This document shows positions 26,281 to 37,553 of a DNA stretch of 64,000 bases, piece by piece. The notes beneath the pieces were generated by a model that saw nothing but the letters and a program-made list of their open reading frames with translations, was not told the origin of the DNA and ran no database searches. The stretch is from the NCBI GenBank assembly GCA_965235115.1, contig OZ249436.1, positions 46,378,001-46,442,000 on the forward strand, given 5' to 3'. This DNA comes from Laetmonice hystrix (lineage: Eukaryota). Every line of letters begins with the position of its first letter. The first letter of the stretch is position 1. Position numbers and translations under genes: made by a program.

Positions 26281-29200
26281 TTCTCGGAGTGGTGGCAATC
26301 ACTGGGTGGTATCAGGGTGTGGGGAGGAAGGGGGTGTGGTATACGGGTGTGGGGAGGGGGGGATGGGGTATGGAAGGCTATAGTTACTGGTCGGGTTACA
26401 TGATGGCTGGCTCTGGCTAAGTCGTCCTGTTCCACAGTATTGGCAGCAAATGGTGGATGACCTGCACACCTGCCTGTGGTTTGTCTCTCCCCTCCCGACC
26501 TCAGCTCGGCGCATTGATGTACTTAACAGGCTCCCGCGAGGTGGCGCTTGGGGTGGTGCCGGTGGGAGAGAGGCGGGGGATCTGATTTATTAGACCCGAT
26601 CACTGGCGCATATGCTATATGAACTTCATATTTCCACCCAAATCTTTGGTTTCTTTTTAACATTTTTTTCACCGATGTGGCGTGCCTAGGTGATTTAACG
26701 TCCGTACCTTGGTTGTAAAGTTCACCATCTTTCTAACGCCATGCATGTTCCTGGTGTGTGTGTGTTCGATGGTTGAGAACACTCATGGAACCCTTGTTAA
26801 AATGGAGAACATGTTTGCAGGGAATGTCAAAAGTAGTCAAGGCGTGATGCTGAGCCAGGATTTGATCTATAAACTCCCCTCCGTCACGCCTGTTTCTCTC
26901 ACAGCTTGATAGATTTATCAATCAAGACAGCGAAAATAAATGTTACACAGGAAAATGTTAACTGAGATGTTATTCATTTGTAGAATTTATTGAAACATGG
27001 TGGTGTGGCTAGTGGCTTGCTTTGTGTGAAGCTATCGTGATAGATGATGAGTACACCAGCCGGTGAGTGGGTGGGGAGTGGACAGGGGTGATCAGATGAA
27101 GGATAGGGTGAAACCCCTCAAGGATGGGTAGGCGTGAGGAGATATAATCAGATAAAAAACGACACGCATGGAAGCCAGGGATGTGCCGGAGGTGGGAGCC
27201 CTTTATATGTAAGATTAAGACAGCGTATTGTATGTGGCTACACGAACCTATAGACCGATACCCTGGTACACTTTGTACACCAATCCTCCCCCCTTGTACG
27301 ACACACCGGCCGACCTGTCGACAGGTGTAAGTATGGGGTATTTACCCCCATTACGGCTGCCATGCCTCAGTTCCCTGTCAGGAGTTAGCTGTCAGACGGG
27401 CAGGCCAGGATGGATAGATCTTTGCCTTATGGTTACAAAGACTGTTTCTTTCTCCGCCATTATCCGCCGTCGATCTGTGCAGGCCTATTATTGTGACGAC
27501 GTCTGCTCGCTATCGTTGCCTGCCGTCATCACGTAACAACGTACGTCTGTATAAGCACTTACTTACCGTCTTTAATCAAAGACGATCTGTGGAACCATAT
27601 GTTTTCTTCTTCCATGATTGTGAAGGCTTCCTTGACGTCAAAGTAATAAAAGAGCAGGAGACCGATTTTCCTGAAAGTTTTGAAAAGCGGCAGTGGTTAT
27701 AGGCCCTAATATTACATTTTAATGACGTCATTCTCAGCTGCAGTGAAGGCAGCCTGCGTTGCAATTCAACAAATTATTATTTTAATTAATGCATTGATTC
27801 TCTCTGTACATGAGAATATGAGATGATGTTAAGATTAGAGAGGACAGCAACGTTTATATTTATATTTTCTCGGCCCGGATCAGGATTTATTGGGTTGACA
27901 CAGATTTGTATCTGATATCATTAGACGAAACCGTGTTCATGGTCAAAGGCTGTGATCAACTTCAAATGTGTTTGGTTTCCAGTTAGCACTCTGATTCTCT
28001 CCAAATATTGCTAATTCTGTTCAGCGTAGGTCACACATGACGTAGAAAAAGATCCGTTTCATCCAGGAAAAGACCTGGTACTGTTTTGTGGGAACCCTGG
28101 ACCGAGATGCAGATGGCCTGACCTAGATAACAAAAGTTGTTGCTTTGTGCTGATTTATGCGTTTGCCTGATCACCGAAGCTGATACTCCTGGTTTACTGA
28201 GGCAAGCGATTGCCTTTCTGCTCTGAACTCAGATAAGAATGAAATAGTATGTCTCCGCGGAGCCAGTGGCTTCCCAGATCGTAGCTGTATGATGGAAATT
28301 GTGTGTTTGACTATAACGGATGGGTGCCGTCAAATCGGAAACGTGTTTTAGAATGTGCCCTTCCGACTAAAGTGGTTAAAGTGCCGGTTTGACCCAAACA
28401 AAAGGCTCACACCATAACACGACTGGTATGTACATATAACATACGGTCTTGGGTAATCCAGGCCCGCAGTTGGACCGTCAAAAACTGCCTCCAAGATATT
28501 CTAATGTGTCCATGGCCCAAGGATTCTTATAAAAACCATTGTCTGCAGTGTGAAAAAGCCTCGAATTTGTTGAAAATGATGACAAAAGACGCCCGGGTAG
28601 TGAGCGAGGCGACACCTGTTGGGAACAGGTGTGGGATGGCTCAGGACTCCATTATAAACAATCTGTTCCTTTCACTGCTCCTATACTATCAGATAACACT
28701 CAAATAAAAACACCATAATAGGATGTAAACCCCATTTCTTCTCGGCTTGTGATTATCCTCAATTATTAGTGTTTTTTGGTATAATAGGTACAAATAGAGG
28801 GGTAGAGGATGCGAGGCTGGGAACATTAGGTACGCACCGTGTGCAGGAGCAGGTGCATTCATTCTGTATTGTGACCCCCGCCAAAATCTTCATTACCACG
28901 TGGGCAGAATGGATCCTGGGCAATTTTTCAACCCTTTGTCTTGAAAAAGAGAAAAAGTGAAAAAAGCGAAGAAGCGTTTGGGCCAGGACGTTTGTAATTA
29001 ATGGACTTCGTCGACCCATGATCATCTGTGATCTGGCTTTCATCTTTGAATAATTCGCTCGGGTATTTTAAGTTGACAATACCAACACTGGTCACAGATT
29101 TTATCAAAGCCAGGCATCTCCGACCGACATCAATTGGCTTGCAGTGCTTTCAAGGCCTCACAGGTTGAGGACAAGCGATCAATTTGTGAACGCTTCATCC

Positions 29201-29309
29201 ATCGTTTGGCTCCGAAAATCGGGTCAGATTGCTTGATTATCCCATCCCCTACGGAGGGGATGGGATTTAGAAATTGTGTGGTTTCGTCTTCTGTATTATT
29301 TTTGGCGTC

Positions 29310-29345
29310 GTAGTTGTAGTAGTAGTAGTAGTAGTAGTAGTAGTA
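29310..29345. repeat. (TAG)n microsatellite inside the HINE-like 5' end
   Basis: GTAGTTGTAGTAGTAG... about 11 units. Confidence 0.95.
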
Positions 29346-30275
29346 AACTTGTATGTCTATCTCAGTCAATTTTCAAAATATCGAAATGAAATTTGGCACA
29401 CATCTTGACAATGACGAAGTATGGTCAGGCATCGAATCTTGACGTCATGTGACGTCACGTCATAACGTGATGACGTCAAACGTATTATGAAAATTGAAGC
29501 CATTTTTAAGCTCATATTGAGAATTTTTTTAAAAACCCGTCATGGCCTCATAATCGGCCATAGGTGCTGCCTCAATTTGAGTCTTGATTTGACCTTTGAC
29601 CTTTGACCTTAGGGTGAACTGGGTCATTGGTCACAAATCGGTTAAATTGCTTCTCCTTTTCTATTTTTTGGTAAAATTCGACAATATTCGGCAGAAACAC
29701 TCTCTAACGAAAGGTTCACAATACGATTCCAAGGATTAGCGATTTGACCTATTTTCACCGAACCACGTGACTTTGAAGTTTGTCACTTTTGACATTTTTT
29801 TCTAAAACTGCTTTAGTCATATTGGAATCGTGTATTTGGTCAATAGATATGTGCTGCTATTGACGATTGGTCACTTTGCATATTTCTTTTCATAAATTTA
29901 CCAATATCTTTTTTATTTATGATAAAATAATGTAATCTGACGTTGACAGGCTCTACCTTAAACCTGTTTAAGATAGCCATATACAAATACAACAATTACA
30001 AAGTGTATAGATTCAGGTATACCACTGACTGTTTAGTTCTTGTTTTGGAAAGGTAATATGGCCAGAATTGTAAGTTTTAATGGGTATAGTCTTCACTATA
30101 ATATGTTTACACTCTGAGAGGTGGCATCTCTGAATACACTAATCACCCGCTGTTAGGACAGGGCCAGCGTCGGCAGAGGGTTACGTAAGTGCTGGTGATA
30201 AGGCCCGCCAGCGGCCGGCCGGCCTCTGTTGTGACTACACCCCCCTCCCTCCCAGTCAGGGAGGAATATGATTGT

Positions 30276-30484
30276 GTATTCAGGTTCTTCCCCCATGATA
30301 ACTTTCCACGAAATGTTTGGGCAGGGGTTAGGGTTAAGGTCAGGGATAGGGATAGGGTAGGGATATGTTTTTGGGAGGTGTAGGGACTGGGGTTAGGGGT
30401 TAGGGATAAGGTCAGGGCCATGGATCTTTACTTTCCACCAAATTTCGCGGAGTTTAAGTCATCATGGGCGATATACCTGTATTC
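30276..30484. mobile_element. MITE-like element, about 210 bp, with telomere-like TTAGGG variants inside
   Basis: Left GTATTCAGGTTCTTCCCCCATGATAACTTTCCACGAAA versus the reverse complement of the right end GAATACAGGTATATCGCCCATGATGACTTAAACTCCGCGAAA; interior has GGGTTAGGGTTAAGGTCAGGGATAGGG tracts. Confidence 0.55.
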
Positions 30485-31389
30485 AAAACTGAAGAACTGA
30501 ATTAGCTGTGCCTTTGAACTGTAGGTGTAACTGCCTAATGCATTTGTTTTTGAATCTTATGTAGGAGAGCTGAATAAAACAATACTATTGATTGTTGGTT
30601 GTGGAGTTCAAGTGACACGACAAACTTTTGGTCAGCTGCACTTGGTTTCAGCCTGAGCCAACAGTCTGGTGTGGATGACATTCGCACCTATTGGTAAAGT
30701 TTCATGATGTATGACTACGTGTTGGCTAAATGGCGAGAGATAGAAGTGAACGAACGGTGTGCACAGTAGACAGGTATGCAGTCGTCCTGGCGAGCGGCAC
30801 ACACAATAGATTGCAGCCATCACTTGAGCGGGTCTGCGGAAGGGAGAAGGGGAACGCTCTGTGAGAAACACTTAAGGACTGTTTATAGAAGAGGTACCTT
30901 CTCAGTCATATAACATGCCAGCCATCGGGCGGCAGCTCTCAATCAAAGGAGCCGGTCAGGGGGCGGTCAGTTAATTGGACGTCGGCCACCGGCCAATGAC
31001 CAGTGACCATCCTTTAAACTGGGACTGGGGCAAAAACGTGAACGAGGGGATATATAAGAGCACCAAGAGAGAGAGAGAGACTAGGGGAGAAGGAGCAGAG
31101 AAAGGACAGAGATATAGATTTGACTATGAGGAACATATAGACACTGACTGCCTCGTGACATATTGGTCGAAGTGGGACAACCGTGTGCCTCAGGAATAAA
31201 AACTTCAAAACTCAAGCGACGACTCTACTACCAAATAGAAATGTTAACAAGGGTGAAGAGAAAATTAGCACTGTAATTAGACACATTGAACTGTTATGTT
31301 ATGATGCTATCATTTTTGTATAATACTAAAATATATAGGAAAGCACTTTCCTATATATTGCACATATAGTGCACATGTCAACTTGCCAT

Positions 31390-31621
31390 GGGCAGATGCG
31401 CCCAGAAAAAAATGAATGCCGGGCGGTAGTTTTGCGCTAGCAGCGAAGGCGCAAGGTTTTCAGTTGGCAAGGGGTGCAGATGGGGGGATATTTTTTCAGA
31501 TGATAGGCCTGATAAAAATTCCTGCCGCGGGCAGCACTTAAACCATTTTAGTTTTGTGCCAGGCGGCTAAAATCGGTGCCGGGTGGCGCCGCCCGGCGCC
31601 GCCCGGCGTGGGCACATCCCT
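31390..31621. mobile_element. Possible GC-rich MITE
   Basis: GATGCGCCCA near the left end and TGGGCACATC near the right end are inverted; GCCGGGCGG / CCGCCCGGC subterminal motifs are inverted and repeated. Confidence 0.35.
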
Positions 31622-31968
31622 CTATACCCCCACTCTTTCTTTTTGAAGAATTGACAAAAAATTATTGTTAGGCTAGCCACGGGTCCAGGATTTTCAGCAG
31701 AGGGGTCTCGGGAAATCTTAAAAAATTAAAAGCTCTTATAAAACGATTTTCCGCCTTTTAGGGCCATTTTAGGGCATTATATTTTGTGGATTCATCACTC
31801 AACCAGTTGAAAATAGCCGGAATGCTTTGCACCTGTTCGTTTCGTGTTGAAGGGAAAAAGAATCTATGTTCTGGCGGAGAATGGGGTCTACCGACACGCG
31901 CCTTAAATACTTTGAGAAACTTTACATCTATCTCCAGAAATAGCGTTTTTTGACCTTCTAAATTCCAG

Positions 31969-32001
31969 CAAAGAACCTCGATACCATATCGAGGTTCTCT
32001 G
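31969..32001. mobile_element. 33-bp palindromic insertion with CA..TG ends and a 7-bp TSD-like flank
   Basis: ATTCCAG|CAAAGAACCTCGATA-CCA-TATCGAGGTTCTCTG|ATTCAAG; arms match 14/15, flanks match 6/7. Confidence 0.6.
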
Positions 32002-32119
32002 ATTCAAGTCCCCGCCCACATGTTCGCCTCGCACCTTTGGTGCCCCTCCTTTCGTGCAGTGCTGGATCTGTGCATGCATGCAGGAGGAGCATGACGTTTT
32101 GATGTTATCATTATTTCTT

Positions 32120-32630
32120 CAGCCTATAACTTGTAAACGGTGCAAGATGGAGCCATGGTTACTATTGAACAGGAATAGGAAGTCATATACATTGTATGCT
32201 CTTTCAATTGACACCAAGATTTATGATGTAATGTATCATTATTATGTCATAATGATGCCATTGACATCTTCGAAGGTTTCTAAATCCTAAACCATTCAAG
32301 ATAGAGCAATGGTTACCATTTAACCCTAATAGGAAGTCATATATGATCTTTCACTTGACATTTCTTTACGTGACTTGACTGACATCATAAGGTGTCATAG
32401 GTATTTTTCTTAGGGCTATAACTTGTAAATGGTAGAAGTTAGAGCTATAGTTACTATTAAACAGTAATAGGAAGTCATATAGCCTACATGCTCTTTCATT
32501 TGAGACCAAGATTCATTAGGCAGTATGACGTGTCACCTCATAATTACGTCATTGGCATCTTCTAAAGCTTATAGGTCATTAACTGTGCAAGATCGAGCCA
32601 TAGTTTACCCTACTCAGAACATGTCATATA
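32120..32630. repeat. Diverged tandem core repeats, about 140-155 bp, about 3.5 copies
   Basis: AATAGGAAGTCATAT at about 32174, 32328 and 32466; CAAGAT(A/G/C)GAGC-type motif recurs; units 1 and 3 resemble each other most. Confidence 0.8.
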
Positions 32631-33838
32631 TCACGTGACTCCCCGGGGATGGGATCAATTGTGGTATCGCCACAACGTGTCTAGTTTATGTCTGTATTTT
32701 CTGGTCGTGTATTTAAACCCTGACGCTGGGTACTTGCAGGGGTTGTGTTTAATTAGGCCGACTCGAGCGGACGTGCCTGTCGTCAAAAGTTCCTTTCATA
32801 CGCCACTGGCTGACACATGACAGGTGTCTTCTTGGCTTTTTTAAAAACATTTCCTTTTAATTGATGAATCATTTGTTGTAATTTTAGCTTGAGGACACAA
32901 TAAATCTGTTCTCTGTCTGATGATTACATTTCGTCTTGAAAAATTGACGTTTTGGCAAGAGTTGATAAGCTGGTACATCTGAGTCGGTGTAACAAATGAT
33001 GAATGACCCAGAAAGTGTAACAAAATAGATGAGCACACAAAATACAGTGACTACAAAATTAATCTTTGCCCTGACAGGCTGTGATAAAAAAAACCAGACA
33101 GACTTTAAGTATTCACGTTATGATGTTATACTGATGGGGTTCACAATGAAGAAATAGAATGAATAAGTTAGGGTCTATAAAAACGAGTGACATTTGTAGA
33201 AATAGTTAAGCCAGGTAGTGTGAGCAATTATACACTTAGATACAAATCGATACTAAAGGTACTAAATATCAACAACATTTACCAGAAAGAGTCTCGAGGG
33301 TCGCAAATGGTATGTTGTCAGAAAAAAAATTACCTTTGATGTCACTGAGGTGAGGAACCATAAATAATTTGATAATGAGTACAGGTAATTACAACAAGGC
33401 CTTGTTGATGTGTTCTACCTCGAGGCATGGTCCTGAGTTTTCACATGAACGGTCGCGAGGACGGAAACGGGAAATGTGTGGTGATCAGTGTGGATGTTGG
33501 GAGAACCCGAACTCAGGGTGCCCTTAGTCCTGGCGGTAAATCGAACTCTGCATGCAAACAATGCCATGAAGAAGCAACACAAAATAGACTGCCTCATGGG
33601 GAAAAAACTACCTGCCACACTTCCCTGAGGAATACTTTCTTATCCTGAATTAGGGAAGAAACATGCAGTCATCCCAACCTCTTGAAGGACATGCCATTAG
33701 GGAAGCGCAATAAAAGAGCATTCCTTTCAAATGGGAGCCTTTGAAGCTGTGACGAGTGAGAATGCATATTTAGATGGTCCATTAGGAACTGCTCGCCTGC
33801 TGACGGGTTGATTGCCTAACATGTGACTCAGCTCTGCG

Positions 33839-35700
33839 AGAACCGGCAGGTCGGCCACCAGGGCTGGCGTGTAGAAACTAGCAGGTCGGCCACCAGGGCC
33901 GGCGAGTAGGAACCAGCAGGTCGGCCACCAGGGCTGGCAAGTAGGAACCAGCAGGTCGGCCACCAGGGCCGGCGAGTAAGAACCAGCAGGTCGGCCACCA
34001 GGGCTGGCGAGTAGGAACCAGCAGGTCGGCCACCAGGGCTGGCAAGTAGGAACCAGCAGGTCGGCCACCAGGGCCGGCGAGTAGGAACCAGCAGGTCACC
34101 CACCAGGGCTGGCGAGTAGGAACCAGCAGGTCGGCCACCAGGGCTGGCGTGTAGAAACCAGCAGGTCGGCCACCAGGGCTGGCGTGTAGAAACCAGCGGG
34201 TCGGCCACCAGGGCTGGCGAGTAGGAACCAGCAGGTCGGCCACCAGGGCTGGCGAGTAGGAACCAGCAGGTCGGCAACCAGGGCTGGCGACTGTAGAAAC
34301 CAGCAGGTCGGCCACCAGGGCTGGCGAGTAGAAACCAGCAGGTCGGCCACCAGGGCTGGCGAGTAGGAACCAGCAGGTCGGCCACCAGGGCTGGCGTGTA
34401 GAACCCAGCAGGTCGGCCACCAGGGCTGGCGAGTAGGAACCAGCAGGTCGGCCACCAGGGCCGGCGAGTAGGAACCAGCAGGTCGGCCACCAGGGCTGGC
34501 GAGTAGGAACCGGCAGGTCGGCCACCAGGGCTGGCGAGTAGGAACCAGCAGGTCGGCCACCAGGGCTGGCGTGTAAAACCCAGCAGGTCGGCCACCAGGG
34601 CTGGCGAGTAGGAACCAGCAGGTCGGCCACCAGGGCCGGCGAGTAGGAACCAGCAGGTCGGCCACCAGGGCTGGCGTGTAGAAACCAGCAGGTCGGCCAC
34701 CAGGGCTGGCGTGTAGAAACCAGCGGGTCGGCCACCAGGGCTGGCGAGTAGGAACCAGCAGGTCGGCCACCAGGGCTGGCGTGTAGAAACCAGCAGGTCG
34801 GCCACCAGGGCTGGCGAGTAGGAACAAGCAGGTCGGCCACCAGGGCTGGCGAGTAGGAACCAGCAGGTCGGCCACCAGGGCTGGCGAGTAGGAACCAGCA
34901 GGTCGGCAACCAGGGCTGGCGACTGTAGAAACCAGCAGGTCGGCCACCAGGGCTGGCGAGTAGAAACCAGCAGGTCGGCCACCAGGGCTGGCGAGTAGGA
35001 ACCAGCAGGTCGGCCACCAGGGCTGGCGTGTAGAACCCAGCAGGTCGGCCACCAGGGCTGGCGAGTAGGAACCAGCAGGTCGGCCACCAGGGCCGGCGAG
35101 TAGGAACCAGCAGGTCGGCCACCAGGGCTGGCGAGTAGGAACCGGCAGGTCGGCCACCAGGGCTGGCGAGTAGGAACCAGCAGGTCGGCCACCAGGGCTG
35201 GCGTGTAAAACCCAGCAGGTCGGCCACCAGGGCTGGCGTGTAGAACCCAGCAGGTCGGCCACCAGGGCTGGCGAGTAGGAACCAGCAGGTCGGCCACCAG
35301 GGCCGGCGAGTAGTAACCAGCAGGTCGGCCACCAGGGCTGGCGAGTAGGAACCGGCAGGTCGGCCACCAGGGCAGGCGAGTAGGAACTAGCAGGTCGGCC
35401 ACCAGGGCCGGCGAGTAGGAACCAGCAGGTCGGCCACCAGGGCTGGCGAGTAGGAACCGGCAGGTCGGCCACGGGCAGACGAGTAGGAACCAGCAGGTCG
35501 GCCACCAGGGCTGGCGTGTAGAAACCGGCAGGTCGGCCACCAGGGCAGGCGAGTAGGAACCAGCAGGTCGGCCACCAGGGCAGGCAAGTAGGAACCGGCA
35601 GGTCGGCCACCAGGGCTGGCGTGTAGAAACCAGCAGGTCGGCCACCAGGGCTGGCGAGTAGGAACCAGCAGGTCGGCCACCAGGGCTGGCAAGTAGGAAA
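33839..35700. repeat. GC-rich minisatellite, 35-bp unit, about 53 copies
   Basis: Unit GAACCAGCAGGTCGGCCACCAGGGCTGGCGAGTAG; accounts for the 484-605 aa repetitive ORFs. Confidence 0.99.
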
Positions 35701-36057
35701 CAGTAGGCTGAAGACCCAGACCAGGCACAAGAAGGATATTATGAGATGAAGGAGTCGCTGGTAGCCATCAGATTATGGGTCAGGCAGTGTTGCATGTTGA
35801 AGGTGAGGGGTGTGTGTGAAGGGCGGCCGGGTACCGGGGGGCCGGGGGTGTCACGCCGGTATGACGTAAGGCGTCAGGTTATGACAGCGGTTGACGTTGA
35901 CACGTGCCCCTATCCCTGCGTGGTCAGGCGCCCGGAGCAGGTGCCCGCCCGCCCCGCCGCCATTGCCATCCTGGTCAGGCTGGAGAAATAATTCAATGTT
36001 AATGGAACTGTCCAGCGGGTCTAGCCGGGGAATGTGCCTGGAATGGCGGGCCCGTCT

Positions 36058-36427
36058 GCCATACCCACCAGTCGGCAGGGTGGGTGGGAGTCCTGGACCA
36101 AATGATGACCCAGTTCTGACCATACCCCCTCCCTCCCGGCCACCAGTCGGCAGGGTGGGTGGGAGTCCTGGACCAAATGATGACCCAGTTCTGACCATAC
36201 CCCCTCCCTCCCGGCCACCAGTCGGCAGGGTGGGTGGGAGTCCTAGACCAGATGATGACCCAGTTCTGACCATACCCCCTCCCTCCCGGCCACCAGTCGG
36301 CAGGGTGGGTGGGTGGGTGGGAGTCCTGGAACATGACCCAGTTCTGACCATACCCCCTCCCTCCCGGCCACCAGTCGGCAGGGTGGGTGGGAGTCCTAGA
36401 CCAGATGATGACCCAGTTCTGACCATA
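36058..36427. repeat. Minisatellite, 75-bp unit, about 5 copies
   Basis: Unit CCACCAGTCGGCAGGGTGGGTGGGAGTCCTGGACCAAATGATGACCCAGTTCTGACCATACCCCCTCCCTCCCGG. Confidence 0.97.
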
Positions 36428-36792
36428 CGGTCAGGGACGGTCACGTGACCAGGGGCGGACCCACAGACCAGAGAACAGACGTGTATGAGGTGCTAAAGAT
36501 CGTCTTGTGACTTCCTTTCTCTCTTGAAATTTGACTCCCTTTTTCTTCCTTTCCTTTTTCTTGGGGGTAGGAGGGGGTAAGCGGGGGGAGGTCTGCCATC
36601 TTAGTTACGTACATATGTGAGTCCCCCCTGCTTTTTTTCTAGCGCGGATTTGACTTGAGAACCTAATCTCTGATTCCAGAAAGTAAAAAGATTCGAACAA
36701 GATCTACAGATACCAAACCTAGAAAAAGCACTGTGTAAATGCTGGTTGTTGTCTGTGCAAATGTTCAGATTTCTGTTCTTTATGTGTTACAG

Positions 36793-36883
36793 ATAAGAAG
36801 GTCTTCCAAGATGGTACCAGTCCACGATACTACCGACAATTGATGGTAGACCAGGGAAATCATTATGTCTATGTCGGGGCCAT
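36793..36883 (+). CDS. Sema2a: Coding exon, start of the Sema domain: (D)KKVFQDGTSPRYYRQLMVDQGNHYVYVGA(M)
   Basis: Pyrimidine-rich acceptor TTTCTGTTCTTTATGTGTTACAG| and donor |GTAAGT at 36884; 91 nt, phase 1 to phase 2. YYR...D...YVYVGAM resembles the first Sema blade of class-2 semaphorins (recalled insect Sema-2a pattern YYRTF...LYVGAMDRVF). The family call is from recalled motifs, not a search. Confidence 0.88.
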
Positions 36884-37510
36884 GTAAGTCAAACTCCTCT
36901 TCCTTTTTAACCTACTAGGGAAGCTAGCACTGTTTGTCCGCAGAGAAAGAAAAGATATCTTCATTAGTCGAGGCAGTGCACCTCTCGGAGTATATTCGGA
37001 ATCCATGTGAGTGTCGGAAGAAACAGTTTACGCCTAGTATCGATCGGCTCCCCGTCCTAGTCAGCTCGCTGAGGTTAACATTTTCATATAACCTGAGGAA
37101 GCACAATCAATTACACTCAGAAGCTGACAGAAATGGTTGTCAGATTGTGCACTGCTCTATGCACCAACTCTCTTCATCTGGTTTCGTTACTTTATAAGAA
37201 ATACATTAATTCGCGTTAAATTTGTAACCATTAGTAAGTAAGTATGGAGAAATAGGTATAAGTAAAAAAGTATTCCGATTGAAGCCTACAGTAGCATGAT
37301 GTATCACGCATCACAGACTGTAGGCGTATACAGTATACAGAGACGAATGAAATGTCATGGATTAGATTAAAGCTGTCAATGTTTTTGCTCAAAGCTGAAG
37401 TATATTGTTTCAGAGACATTATACAAGCATATAGAGCGTATTCACCTCACAGAAAGCTGCCCCGACTGTGTGCGTATGTAACGGTGTTTTTTTCTGTGCC
37501 TACCTTTCAG

Positions 37511-37553
37511 GGACCATCTGTATAGGTTGAGTGCCGACGACATCAGCCAGTCT
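37511..37553 (+). CDS. Sema2a: 43-nt coding exon continuing the Sema domain: (M)DHLYRLSADDISQS
   Basis: Strong acceptor TTTTTTTCTGTGCCTACCTTTCAG| and donor |GTAAGT at 37554. The first base G completes AT|G (Met) from the previous exon, giving YVGAMDHLYRLS..IS, as expected after the Sema 'YVGA' strand. Ends in phase 0. Confidence 0.88.

Larger units (their letters stand above)
29237..32687 (+). mobile_element. Interval bounded by Helentron/HINE (DINE-1-like) termini, with nested insertions
   Basis: 5' end: TT then hairpin ATCCCATCCCCT-ACGG-AGGGGATGGGAT (29239-29266), followed by (TAG)n. 3' end: GGGGATGGGAT (32645-32655, reverse complement of 29239-29249), hairpin TTGTGG-TATCG-CCACAA (32659-32675), then CTAG-TTT. 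Diverged 140-155-bp core repeats lie at about 32120-32630. Confidence 0.72.
1733..36792 (+). other. Predicted 35,060-bp phase-1 intron
   Basis: GT..AG boundaries; reading frame is compatible across the junction; no convincing intervening coding exon found. Confidence 0.65.

Noticed and set aside
33839..35700. Tandem CTCF sites (GGCCACCAGGGCTGGCG)
   Set aside because: Two extra bases break the AGRKGGC core spacing.
33727..35730. Long ORFs of 484-605 aa on the minus strand
   Set aside because: All frames give the same cyclic peptide because a stop-free 35-bp unit is repeated; no domain or splice support.
36793..37553. Plexin instead of semaphorin
   Set aside because: Plexins share a similar YVGA strand, but YYR, GAMD and IS plus the small-exon structure fit class-2 semaphorins better; not formally excluded without a search.
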